Assembly (NCBI GenBank): GCA_965212005.1
Contig: OZ243038.1
Span: forward strand, 1,857,440-1,921,439
From: Candidatus Porifericomitaceae bacterium
GTDB lineage: Bacteria; Pseudomonadota; Gammaproteobacteria; Porifericomitales; Porifericomitaceae
Length of the DNA stretch: 64,000 nt
Direction: 5' to 3'
Shown: positions 7,927 through 16,502 of the stretch, piece by piece
Layout of the letters: every line of letters starts with the position of its first letter
How positions within the stretch are numbered: position 1 is the first letter of the stretch
The notes under the pieces: model-generated
Told to the model about the DNA's origin: nothing
Databases searched by the model: none
The model's input: only the letters and a program-made list of their open reading frames with translations
Made by a program: the position numbers and the translations under genes

Positions 7927-9582
7927 ATGCCAACCCTCGATTTCAAAGGCAAACCAATCGTTTACGCCCACCACCTTACCGTACCGTCAAGGCCGCTGGA
8001 GGTGGACGCGAAAAAATCTCTGCCGCCAAAGAGCAAAAAGCCCTCCCTCGACGATAACCTGATCATCCACGGCGACAACCTGCACGCGCTCAAGGCGTTG
8101 ATGCCGCGTTATGCGGGCAAAGTGAACTGCATTTACATTGACCCGCCCTACAACACCGGCAACGAAAAATGGATTTATAACGACAACGTGAACAGCCCGA
8201 TGATGAAGGAATGGCTGAAGGGCAAAAGCCCGGTGGACGGCGAGGATTTGGAGCGCCACGACAAATGGCTGTGCATGATGTGGCCGAGGTTGCAGTTGTT
8301 GAGGGAGTTGCTGGCAGAGGACGGGGTAATTTTTGTTTCTATTGATGATAATGAGCAGCATCGCTTGCGGATGATGATGGATGAGATTTTTGGGGAGGAG
8401 AATTTTATTTCAACTGTTATCTGGCACAAAATGGACAGCCCTAAAAATACAGCAATTCACATAAGCGAAGATCATGAAAGCGTACAGATTTTTGCAAAAA
8501 ATGCTGATATTTGGAGACCTAACAGATTACCAAGAACTGCGGAAATGCTAGCTCGGTATAAAAATCCGGATAATGACACCAGAGGACCGTGGTTGCTCAG
8601 TGATCTAGCTGCCAGAAATCGGTACTCGCGTGGACGCTACCCTATAACGACTCCTTCTGGGAACAGAATTAAAGGACCACCTGCTGGAAGTTTTTGGCGA
8701 GTAAGCAAGGAAAAATTTGATGAACTGGACGCGGATAATCGAATTTGGTGGGGAGAAACTGGTAATAACCGACCCGGGATAAAGCGATTTCTTTCAGAGG
8801 TTCAAGAAGGCGTTGTGCCTCGGTCTCTTTGGGAGTGGAAGGAGGTAGGAAGTACTCGACACTCAAAACAAGAATTGAGTGGAGTTATGTCCGCGCAGGC
8901 CTCCTCGGATATTTTCGTGACACCGAAACCTACGGGACTAATCAAACGTATCCTACAGATCGCATCAGACAAAAGCTCGGTTATCCTGGATTCTTTCGCT
9001 GGCTCTGGCACAACCGCCCATGCCATCCTTGCCCTCAACAAAGAAGACAGCGGCAACCGCAAGTTCATCCTTGTCGAATGCGAAGATAAGATCGCCGACA
9101 AAATCACCGCCGAGCGCGTCCGCCGCGTGATAAAAGGCGTCAAGCAATCAAAAGACGAAAACCTGAAAGCCGGCCTCGGCGGAAGTTTCACCTACTGCAC
9201 CCTGGGCGAAGAAATGAGCATCGAAAAAATGCTCACCGGCAAGAGACTCCCCGACTATGAAACCCTGGCCCGCCACCTTTTCTGGACCGCAACCGGACAA
9301 TCAGTAGACAAAATCCGCAACACAAGAGGCAAAGACGGCTTCTTCCATGAAACGAAAGACAGACTGTTCTACCTGGTTTACGAACCAAAACTTCCTTTCC
9401 TGCGCAGCACCGAATCCGCCCTGAACAGCGACCGCGCCGAACGGGTCGCCAAACAGGCAAAGACAAAAAAGAAAACCGCAGTCGTGTTCGCCACCCACAA
9501 ATTTGTCGGGCAAAAGGAACTAACCCGGATGGGAATAGTATTTTGCGGACTGCCATACGGGACTGCAACCAATCAAGGTTAA
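7927..9582 (+). CDS. mod: Type III restriction-modification DNA methyltransferase (Mod subunit, N6-adenine, beta class)
   Basis: The GDNLHALKAL...VNCIYIDPPYNTGNE motif IV lies near the N-terminus, and the SAM-binding motif I (ILDSFAGSGTTAHA) lies near the C-terminus. This order is typical of Type III Mod proteins (compare EcoP15I Mod). Confidence 0.85.
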   Translation: MPTLDFKGKPIVYAHHLTVPSRPLEVDAKKSLPPKSKKPSLDDNLIIHGDNLHALKALMPRYAGKVNCIYIDPPYNTGNEKWIYNDNVNSPMMKEWLKGKSPVDGEDLERHDKWLCMMWPRLQLLRELLAEDGVIFVSIDDNEQHRLRMMMDEIFGEENFISTVIWHKMDSPKNTAIHISEDHESVQIFAKNADIWRPNRLPRTAEMLARYKNPDNDTRGPWLLSDLAARNRYSRGRYPITTPSGNRIKGPPAGSFWRVSKEKFDELDADNRIWWGETGNNRPGIKRFLSEVQEGVVPRSLWEWKEVGSTRHSKQELSGVMSAQASSDIFVTPKPTGLIKRILQIASDKSSVILDSFAGSGTTAHAILALNKEDSGNRKFILVECEDKIADKITAERVRRVIKGVKQSKDENLKAGLGGSFTYCTLGEEMSIEKMLTGKRLPDYETLARHLFWTATGQSVDKIRNTRGKDGFFHETKDRLFYLVYEPKLPFLRSTESALNSDRAERVAKQAKTKKKTAVVFATHKFVGQKELTRMGIVFCGLPYGTATNQG

Positions 9583-9622
9583 CTCAAATCAACGGCAGCC
9601 ATTCCAACCCCAAAGGTAACCA

Positions 9623-11719
9623 ATGAGCAAAGAAACAGGAAAGCTCGCACAAAGAGCAAAACAGCTTTACGAAGAAGAAAATTGGAACGAATTGATCCCA
9701 GTAGCCACTGAGTGGATTGATTTGGAACAAGAACCGGAAAGGCAAGCACAGGCATACAATGACCGTGGCTTTGCCTACGCCCGAAAAGGCGATTATGACC
9801 ATGCCATTGCAGATTTTGATAAGGCAATAGCATTGGCACCCCGCGATGCGATGGCATACAGCGGGCGTGGCCTTGTCTACGCCGAAAAAGGTGATTATGA
9901 CCGTGCCATTGCAGATTGTGATAAGGCAGTAAGATTGGCACCCCGCGATGCGATAGCATACCGCCGGCGTGGCATGATCTACGCCAAAAAAGGTGATTAT
10001 GACTGTGCCATTGCAGATTTTGATAAGGCAATAGCATTGGCACCCCGCGATGCGCTGGCATATAGCCGGCGTGGCGATGCCTACTACGAAAAAGGCGATT
10101 ACGCCCGTGCTATTGCAGATTTTGATAAGGCAGTAGAATTGGCACCCCGCGATGCGCTGGCATACAGTGGGCGTGGCATGTTCTATGTTCAAACAGGAGA
10201 TTATGCCCGTGCCATTGCAGATTTGGGTAAGGCAATAAAAAGGGATCCTCGCGATGCGATGGCATACCGCTGGCGTGGCATGGCCTACGCCGAAAAAGGC
10301 AATTATGCCCGTGCCATTGCAGATTGTGATAAGGCAATAGAATTGGTTCCCCGCGATGTGATGGCATACAGCTGGCGTGTCAGGTCCTACATCGAAAAAG
10401 GCGATTATGCCCGTGCCATTGCAGATTGTGATAAGGCAATAAAATGGGATCCCTGCGATGCGATGGCATACCGCTGGCGTGTCTTTGTCTACGCCCGAAA
10501 AGGCGATTATGACTGTGCCATTGCAGATCTTAATAAGATAATAAAATTTACTCCCCAGGATGCGATGGCATACCGCTGGCGTGGCATAGCCTACGCCCGA
10601 AAAGGCGATTATGACCAGTCATTTGATGACCTAAACAAAGCGGTAAAACTTGATCCAGCACTACCATTTCGCATTCCAGAAACTTATATCGCAGATCAGA
10701 TAAAAACCATCTTTAAAACTGAGGATAAAACAAAATATGAAGCCTTTAAATTCTATTTTAGATTATCACAAGCAATTAAGGTCTTACAGAAAAAATTGTT
10801 TTATGCGAAAAAAACTGGAGTTGCCCATTACACATCCTTTCATACGATCAAACATCTTGGCCAAAAGGGGCGTTTTCGGCTTTACAACGCAGCCTATATG
10901 AATGACCCGGAAGAAGGGCGTATATTTTCTGAAATAATGAAAGAAGATCATAAGGTAGACGTAAGGAAATTTTATCCAGATAACGAAAACCTGTCTCATC
11001 TCTCTCCGGCCTATATAGGCAGTTTCGTCCAATTGGATTCCAGTGAACGGGATAAACTATTTCTGTGGCGAACGTATGGAAAACATGAGGCGAAGGAAGC
11101 GGCCGGATGCTGCCTGATCTACAGGCAGATGTGCTTTGCAAAAAGCTATCAACCCCAAATCGGCGCCATGCAACAACAACAATTGCAATATGATTCCCTA
11201 TCAACAGCGCAAACAGTAAAGAGTAAAAAACCAGAATCCAGTCGGGACACCAAACCGTGTCTTTATAAAATCATCTATAGGAACACGAAAGACCACAAAA
11301 AGCTCTCCCAAGAATTAAAAAAGCTTGCAGAATGCCTGAATAACATAAAGGATTTTATAGAAGGAATAGAACACAAAGAGGACAACAAAAACATATTAGA
11401 ACTTGCCCGTGCACTGCTTGACAGTATCCGTTTCCTTTTCAAAGGAAGCCATTACAGTGAGGAAAAGGAAGCCCGGGTGTGCAGTATTCGTTATTACAAG
11501 GCAGGTGGGACACAGGAATCGGATGAAATAAAAGTGGACACGGAACAGATTCCGCCACGTTTCTATTTGGATACCCCGGAAGCCTTCCAATTCAGCAAAG
11601 TAATACTCGGCCCGGGAGCACAGAATATCCCGGAATGGGAGCGGTGGTTCAAGGAACAATTTAAGAAGGATGTGGAAGTGCGACACTCCCAAATACCCTA
11701 CGGAACGCGTTCTTCCTAA
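9623..11719 (+). CDS. TPR-repeat protein (about 9 TPR units) with a C-terminal DUF2971-like domain
   Basis: N-terminal 34-aa repeats (GDYDRAIADCDKAIELAPRDAMAYSWRG...). The C-terminal ~350 aa carry the VAHYTSFHTIKHL...RLYNAAYMNDPEEG signature, which I associate with the DUF2971 family. AT-rich codon usage unlike the flanking genome. Confidence 0.6.
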   Translation: MSKETGKLAQRAKQLYEEENWNELIPVATEWIDLEQEPERQAQAYNDRGFAYARKGDYDHAIADFDKAIALAPRDAMAYSGRGLVYAEKGDYDRAIADCDKAVRLAPRDAIAYRRRGMIYAKKGDYDCAIADFDKAIALAPRDALAYSRRGDAYYEKGDYARAIADFDKAVELAPRDALAYSGRGMFYVQTGDYARAIADLGKAIKRDPRDAMAYRWRGMAYAEKGNYARAIADCDKAIELVPRDVMAYSWRVRSYIEKGDYARAIADCDKAIKWDPCDAMAYRWRVFVYARKGDYDCAIADLNKIIKFTPQDAMAYRWRGIAYARKGDYDQSFDDLNKAVKLDPALPFRIPETYIADQIKTIFKTEDKTKYEAFKFYFRLSQAIKVLQKKLFYAKKTGVAHYTSFHTIKHLGQKGRFRLYNAAYMNDPEEGRIFSEIMKEDHKVDVRKFYPDNENLSHLSPAYIGSFVQLDSSERDKLFLWRTYGKHEAKEAAGCCLIYRQMCFAKSYQPQIGAMQQQQLQYDSLSTAQTVKSKKPESSRDTKPCLYKIIYRNTKDHKKLSQELKKLAECLNNIKDFIEGIEHKEDNKNILELARALLDSIRFLFKGSHYSEEKEARVCSIRYYKAGGTQESDEIKVDTEQIPPRFYLDTPEAFQFSKVILGPGAQNIPEWERWFKEQFKKDVEVRHSQIPYGTRSS

Positions 11720-11753
11720 TCCCACTCAAAGCCCGCCAACAAACCACAGCGAA

Positions 11754-11850
11754 CGGCGGTCGTGTCTACCACCCACAAGTTTAGGGGGCAGAAGGAACGG
11801 ACGGAGAGGGGAGTAGTATTTTGCGAATTGAGACCCTTTTCACTACAATG
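11754..11850 (+). repeat. Diverged duplicate of the mod 3' terminus (last ~30 codons), located after the TPR/DUF2971 gene
   Basis: 11757-11832 (cggtcgtgtctaccacccacaagtttagggggcagaaggaac...gtagtattttgcg) aligns at about 70-75% identity with mod 9476-9560 (cagtcgtgttcgccacccacaaatttgtcgggcaaaaggaac...atagtattttgcg). The translation AVVSTTHKFRGQKERTERGVVFCELRPF compares with Mod AVVFATHKFVGQKELTRMGIVFCGLPYG. Confidence 0.8.
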
Positions 11851-11855
11851 AAGTA

Positions 11856-12962
11856 GTGGCAATGACTCCCTTCTCTCCATCGCACTGGGCTGCTTCCTGT
11901 ACACACCAGGAATGCTCATTACACCAGCTATCGCCATATATAGGAAAGCTAAAGAGCACGATCGCTCAAGACTTGATTCTGAAATACAGTAAACCAGGTG
12001 AGTTAGTAGTTGATGCGTTCTGTGGCAGCGGGACCGTACCATTAGAAGCTGCCCGCCTGGGGCGCAGAGTATTTGCCTCTGATACGAGTAGATATGCCGT
12101 CACACTAACTAAAGGGAAACTTAAGGCGCCAAACACAGCTAATGCTGCGCTTGCCTCTCTTGATAGTGTTTTGAAACACAGAAAGTCCCTGCCTACACCG
12201 GATATCAGGTATGTTCCTCGTTGGGTTAGAGCCTTCTTTCACCCCCACACACTCAAAGAAACGTTGCAATTTACAAGGTATCTCAAGCAGGAGCGTCAAT
12301 ATTTTCTGCTGGCATCTTTACTTGGCATTTTACATCATGAGCGTCCTGGGTTTCTATCGTTTCCAAGTAGTCACCTTGTTCCTTATCTTCGATCAAAAAA
12401 ATATCCCAGGGCAAGCTATCCTGCTCTTTATAACTATCGTCCACTGATTCCGCGCTTGACGGCAAAAATAAACCGAGCATTAAAACGACCGCCAAAAGAA
12501 GAATTGACCAAGTGGGTTGAAGGCATACGCCAGTCCTCTGTTGGATCTGTCAATTTGCCTAACTCTATTGACTGTGTTATTACAAGTCCACCCTATATGA
12601 ATGCGCTTGACTACGGGCGTGATAACCGTCTTAGGCTCTGGTTTTTGGGAGAATATGATATAGAATCATTAGATCGTCCCCTTGGGACTATTCAAGGTTT
12701 TACGCATGCAATAACGTCACTTGCCAAACAATTACAGCAAAAAGTGCGAGTGGGTGGCTATTGTATTTTTGTTATCGGCGAAAAATTGATAAGAAAGAAA
12801 GACAGGCTCCCTTCTGAAGAGTTAATGGAAATTTTTACAGTTCATGCGCCGGCAATTAGACTATGTAATATTATTAGTGACGTGATTCCTGATATTCGTC
12901 GCTCCCGCAGATATATTGCTGGAGTGAAGCAGGAAAATATTCTTGTATTTAGAAAATACTAA
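11856..12962 (+). CDS. DNA methyltransferase (N4-cytosine or N6-adenine, SPPY type)
   Basis: Motif I (ELVVDAFCGSGTVPLEAARLGRRVFASD) near the N-terminus and motif IV (ITSPPYMNALDYG) near the C-terminus. An SPPY motif is more typical of N4C methyltransferases. Start is GTG at 11856 or ATG at 11862. Confidence 0.75.
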   Translation: MAMTPFSPSHWAASCTHQECSLHQLSPYIGKLKSTIAQDLILKYSKPGELVVDAFCGSGTVPLEAARLGRRVFASDTSRYAVTLTKGKLKAPNTANAALASLDSVLKHRKSLPTPDIRYVPRWVRAFFHPHTLKETLQFTRYLKQERQYFLLASLLGILHHERPGFLSFPSSHLVPYLRSKKYPRASYPALYNYRPLIPRLTAKINRALKRPPKEELTKWVEGIRQSSVGSVNLPNSIDCVITSPPYMNALDYGRDNRLRLWFLGEYDIESLDRPLGTIQGFTHAITSLAKQLQQKVRVGGYCIFVIGEKLIRKKDRLPSEELMEIFTVHAPAIRLCNIISDVIPDIRRSRRYIAGVKQENILVFRKY

Positions 12963-12964
12963 TC

Positions 12965-15400
12965 ATGCGTAGAAATATTCCAGAGAAAACACAGTTTCTT
13001 GGAAAGAAGATAGATCGATTCCCTGACCATGAAATCAAAACGCATATTGCTACAGGGAACAATGGACATCTATTTCTTGCGTTTAATGAATCAACAAAAA
13101 GCAAACTTGCATTCAAAATTATTCCTGTCGATAATCTACTCAATGGATATTTAAATGAGGCAAAAAAACCTAACTCTTTAGAAAATCCATCCGTTGTTAA
13201 ATGCCATGATGTTGTTAAATATCCTGATTCAAAATTAAATTGCATAGTGTTCATATATGACTACGTTGAAGGTGAAAATCTTAGGGATTATATGAAGGAA
13301 AAACGATCAAATATAGATATACCATTCATTGAGAATTTTTTGAAAACCATGTTTGGATTATTATATGAACTTGATAGACGTGAATCTCAGCATGGTGATT
13401 TGCATCCTGGCAATATACTTGTTGCACACTCTGCATATGATTTATCAAGAAAAAAAACCTTCCGTGTGACAGATTTTGGTGTCGGAGAGTTAATTGGACA
13501 GGATGCTCATGCGAATGACTACCTGAATGTTGCAAACACGCTCAGGAAATTACTGGGTTGTGTAAAATATGGTGAGTGCGAGGGGCGGGACAGATATATT
13601 TACAATATTCTTAAGAATGATTTTTTGGGTAGGCACCTATTTGAAACAGACACTAGCGCAGACCCCTTGGCTTGCAACCCTTGGGGGCTGAACAACAAAC
13701 TAGAAAAATTGGATGCAGAGTGGAGAGACCAAAAACAGCCGGATCAAGATAAGCTTGAAACACCTTTTGATTATCCCAATTGTGAGCAAATTGGAAACTC
13801 TCATTTATTGCTTAAAAGTCTTTACTCAGACCGACTCCTTGGCTTATCTGAAATTCAGGAAAAAGCCAACCTCATGCTAACTGGACCTCGCGGATGCGGA
13901 AAGACAACGGTCTTTCGCGCTCTGAGTCTGGAATATTTGATTTCAACTCATGAGAGCAGTCCATCTGACTTGAAGTATATTGGCATCTATTACAGATGTG
14001 ACTACCTATACTTCTCCTTTCCTAGATATAAGCATCCCGAACGTACCGAGGCATTGGATATCCCCATGCATTTTCTTATTGTTACGCTGTTAGCGGCTAC
14101 ACTGGAGCAAATAGGTGCATGGGCAAAAGAATATTTCTCAGATCAATTAGCAAAGGAAGAGGAAGCTCTTGTTTCGGAACTGTGGAACATTTTTGAATGG
14201 GATGCCCCAGATGCTCCGAGCGGCAATCAATTGACTACTTTGGTCAATAGACTAAGAAAAGAAAGCAAGCGTGCCGTAAATAAACAACAGGTTGCTCATG
14301 TCGCAGCCGAACCTATCCAAGGCTATTTTGGCCCGGGAATTATGTTGCAAGCCTGTGCTTTTATTAGAAAAAAATTTACTTGTTTAGAAAATCGTCCTTT
14401 TTACTTCTTTATAGACGATTATTCTGCCCCAAAGATTACCAAAGAGTTGCAGGCAAATCTTAATCGATTAGTGATGCATCGCAGTCCAGATGTTTTTTTT
14501 AAACTCTCGACGGAAAGTCCTGTCTCTTTTGTGCGATATGATATTGATGGTAAGCAATTTGTTGAAAAGCGCGAATACGTTTTGTTAAATCTTGGATTAA
14601 GATATATTAAAGATGATTCAAATGATACTTTGGCTTTTCTTGAAGATCTTTTTAAGCGCCGATTTGCAGAGGTCTCAGGCTATCCTGTCGAAACACTTGA
14701 AGAGCTTTTAGGATCAAGACCACGCAATGAGAATGATACGGCTCGTGCCTTCCTAGATAAAGAAAAAAGGAATTATTATGCTGGACAAGATACAGTCGCT
14801 GCTATGTGTAGCGGTGATATTCACTATATGATTCGTCTTGTTGCCAGAATGGTAGAAGAAAATGGGGGTAAAGAAAGTCTCACGGATTGCGACACAATAC
14901 CTAAAATTTCAATGGAAAAGCAAAATGAATCAATTCGTGCTGCAGCAGGCGACTTCATGGAATCAATACGCACATTGCCTAAGACAGGCCCAATACTAAC
15001 AGAGGTTATAACTGCATTTGGAAATGTAGCACATTCTTATCTTATGCATGCAGTATCAAGAAATGAAGGAAAGGAAAATCCTCACCAGGCATCAAGGATA
15101 GAACCGTACGAAGGGTTGAATCTTTCTACTGAAGCGGAAGATATTCTTGAAGAGCTACTGCGTTACTCGGTACTCATTGAAGATCCTCGTGGAAAGAGCC
15201 GCAGAGGTGAGGTTGTCTCGAGATTTTACCTGCGACGTTACATAATCCCACATTTCCGCTTAACATTTAGTAAACGAGATTCCATTCAATTGGAAAATAG
15301 CCAGATTGAAATGCTCTTGCGTGACCCTAAAAAATTCAAAAACAGGATGATGTTGAAATTGAAAAGACATTTCAGTCAAAAGGATCTGTTTGAGTTATGA
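12965..15400 (+). CDS. Eukaryotic-like Ser/Thr protein kinase domain fused to a C-terminal P-loop NTPase (811 aa)
   Basis: Kinase subdomains in order: Gly-rich loop (IATGNNGHLFLAF), the lysine (LAFKII), the HGDLHPGNILV catalytic loop and the DFG motif (VTDFGVGE). These are followed by Walker A (LTGPRGCGKTT) and Walker B (FYFFIDDYS). AT-rich. Confidence 0.7.
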   Translation: MRRNIPEKTQFLGKKIDRFPDHEIKTHIATGNNGHLFLAFNESTKSKLAFKIIPVDNLLNGYLNEAKKPNSLENPSVVKCHDVVKYPDSKLNCIVFIYDYVEGENLRDYMKEKRSNIDIPFIENFLKTMFGLLYELDRRESQHGDLHPGNILVAHSAYDLSRKKTFRVTDFGVGELIGQDAHANDYLNVANTLRKLLGCVKYGECEGRDRYIYNILKNDFLGRHLFETDTSADPLACNPWGLNNKLEKLDAEWRDQKQPDQDKLETPFDYPNCEQIGNSHLLLKSLYSDRLLGLSEIQEKANLMLTGPRGCGKTTVFRALSLEYLISTHESSPSDLKYIGIYYRCDYLYFSFPRYKHPERTEALDIPMHFLIVTLLAATLEQIGAWAKEYFSDQLAKEEEALVSELWNIFEWDAPDAPSGNQLTTLVNRLRKESKRAVNKQQVAHVAAEPIQGYFGPGIMLQACAFIRKKFTCLENRPFYFFIDDYSAPKITKELQANLNRLVMHRSPDVFFKLSTESPVSFVRYDIDGKQFVEKREYVLLNLGLRYIKDDSNDTLAFLEDLFKRRFAEVSGYPVETLEELLGSRPRNENDTARAFLDKEKRNYYAGQDTVAAMCSGDIHYMIRLVARMVEENGGKESLTDCDTIPKISMEKQNESIRAAAGDFMESIRTLPKTGPILTEVITAFGNVAHSYLMHAVSRNEGKENPHQASRIEPYEGLNLSTEAEDILEELLRYSVLIEDPRGKSRRGEVVSRFYLRRYIIPHFRLTFSKRDSIQLENSQIEMLLRDPKKFKNRMMLKLKRHFSQKDLFEL

Positions 15401-16437
15401 ATGATACCTTATTGAAGGCAGATGAACAGTTACTTGTTATGGACTGGCCCAGTCTGCAAAAGATTGATGTACCTTCACTCAAGGCCAGTGACTTATATTT
15501 AGTATGTGTGGGCTTTGAAGATCGGGCTATAGAAACACTTCATCGAATCTGTGAGGCTGGAAGCAGGGAATTTTCGCTTGTTCTAGTGAACTATCGTCCA
15601 GAATATAAAGAGAATAGAAGAGAAGAGATTCTTGAAATCGCACGGCGGGCGGATTTGACAGTGCACGAGATTGTTTATGACCGAGAGAACCCGGCAGGTA
15701 TTGGAAAAGAGCTAGACTTCTCAGCAGATCGGATATTTGTGGATATTTCTGGCATGTCGCGTCTTCTCATAGTCCAAGTCTTGGTAGCACTAATCGGCAT
15801 TCAGGAACGGGCAATAAATATAATTTATGGTGAAGCAGCAGAATATTTCCCTTCTAAAGAACAATTCGAACGAGATCAGGCAAATGATGACAACAATTTG
15901 GAACATAGCTATCTATCTTCCGGGATTTTTGAAATAGCAATAGCGCCCGAATTAAGTTCTGTATCTATGTTAGGTGAAGCAATTAGATTGATAGCATTTC
16001 CATCACTTGATCATGTGCAACTCACCAATGTAATGCAAGAATTGCAACCTACTTATGCAGAATTTATTGATGGCATACCACCTGATGAAGGTAATGAATG
16101 GCGAACGGAAGCAATTCGAATAATTAATCATAGGACTATTAGTGCAGTTAAAAACCCTGTAACTCATCAAGCATCTACACTTGATTATAGAAAGACGTTA
16201 AAAATTTTGCTAGATATATACGAAGAGCGCAGCATGTTTGACCGACTTGTAATTGCGCCAACTGGCAGCAAAATGCAGGCTGTTGCCGTTGGTTTATTGA
16301 GATCTTTTCTTGACGATGTGCAAATTGTTTATCCAACGCCACATATTTTTACACACCCCAAGAGATATACATCTGGACTAAGTCAAATATATGAAGTCCA
16401 TATTCCATCTAAAGAAATACTTGCAAAATTAAAGTGA
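15397..16437 (+). CDS. Hypothetical protein with a Rossmann-like fold and possible CARF/SLOG-like sensor motifs. Translationally coupled to the kinase gene.
   Basis: ATGA overlap with the upstream stop. Beta-strand/Gly patterns (LYLVCVGFEDR, FVDISGMSRLLIV, LVIAPTGSKMQAV) are reminiscent of CARF D-I-T-G-G-x-K signatures. The assignment is speculative. Confidence 0.35.
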   Translation: MNDTLLKADEQLLVMDWPSLQKIDVPSLKASDLYLVCVGFEDRAIETLHRICEAGSREFSLVLVNYRPEYKENRREEILEIARRADLTVHEIVYDRENPAGIGKELDFSADRIFVDISGMSRLLIVQVLVALIGIQERAINIIYGEAAEYFPSKEQFERDQANDDNNLEHSYLSSGIFEIAIAPELSSVSMLGEAIRLIAFPSLDHVQLTNVMQELQPTYAEFIDGIPPDEGNEWRTEAIRIINHRTISAVKNPVTHQASTLDYRKTLKILLDIYEERSMFDRLVIAPTGSKMQAVAVGLLRSFLDDVQIVYPTPHIFTHPKRYTSGLSQIYEVHIPSKEILAKLK

Positions 16438-16502
16438 CTGCAGCAACCGGTAATAATGACAGTCATTTTTAAGGGAAGGAAATTGAGGTGGAAACAAAAT
16501 AA

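Noticed and set aside
9579-10192. Antisense ORFs 9579-10061, 9584-10192 and 10110-10367 on the minus strand, opposite the cassette TPR gene
   Set aside because: Same repeat artefact. The HRGVPMLLPYQNLQWHGHN periodicity is the reverse reading of the TPR units.
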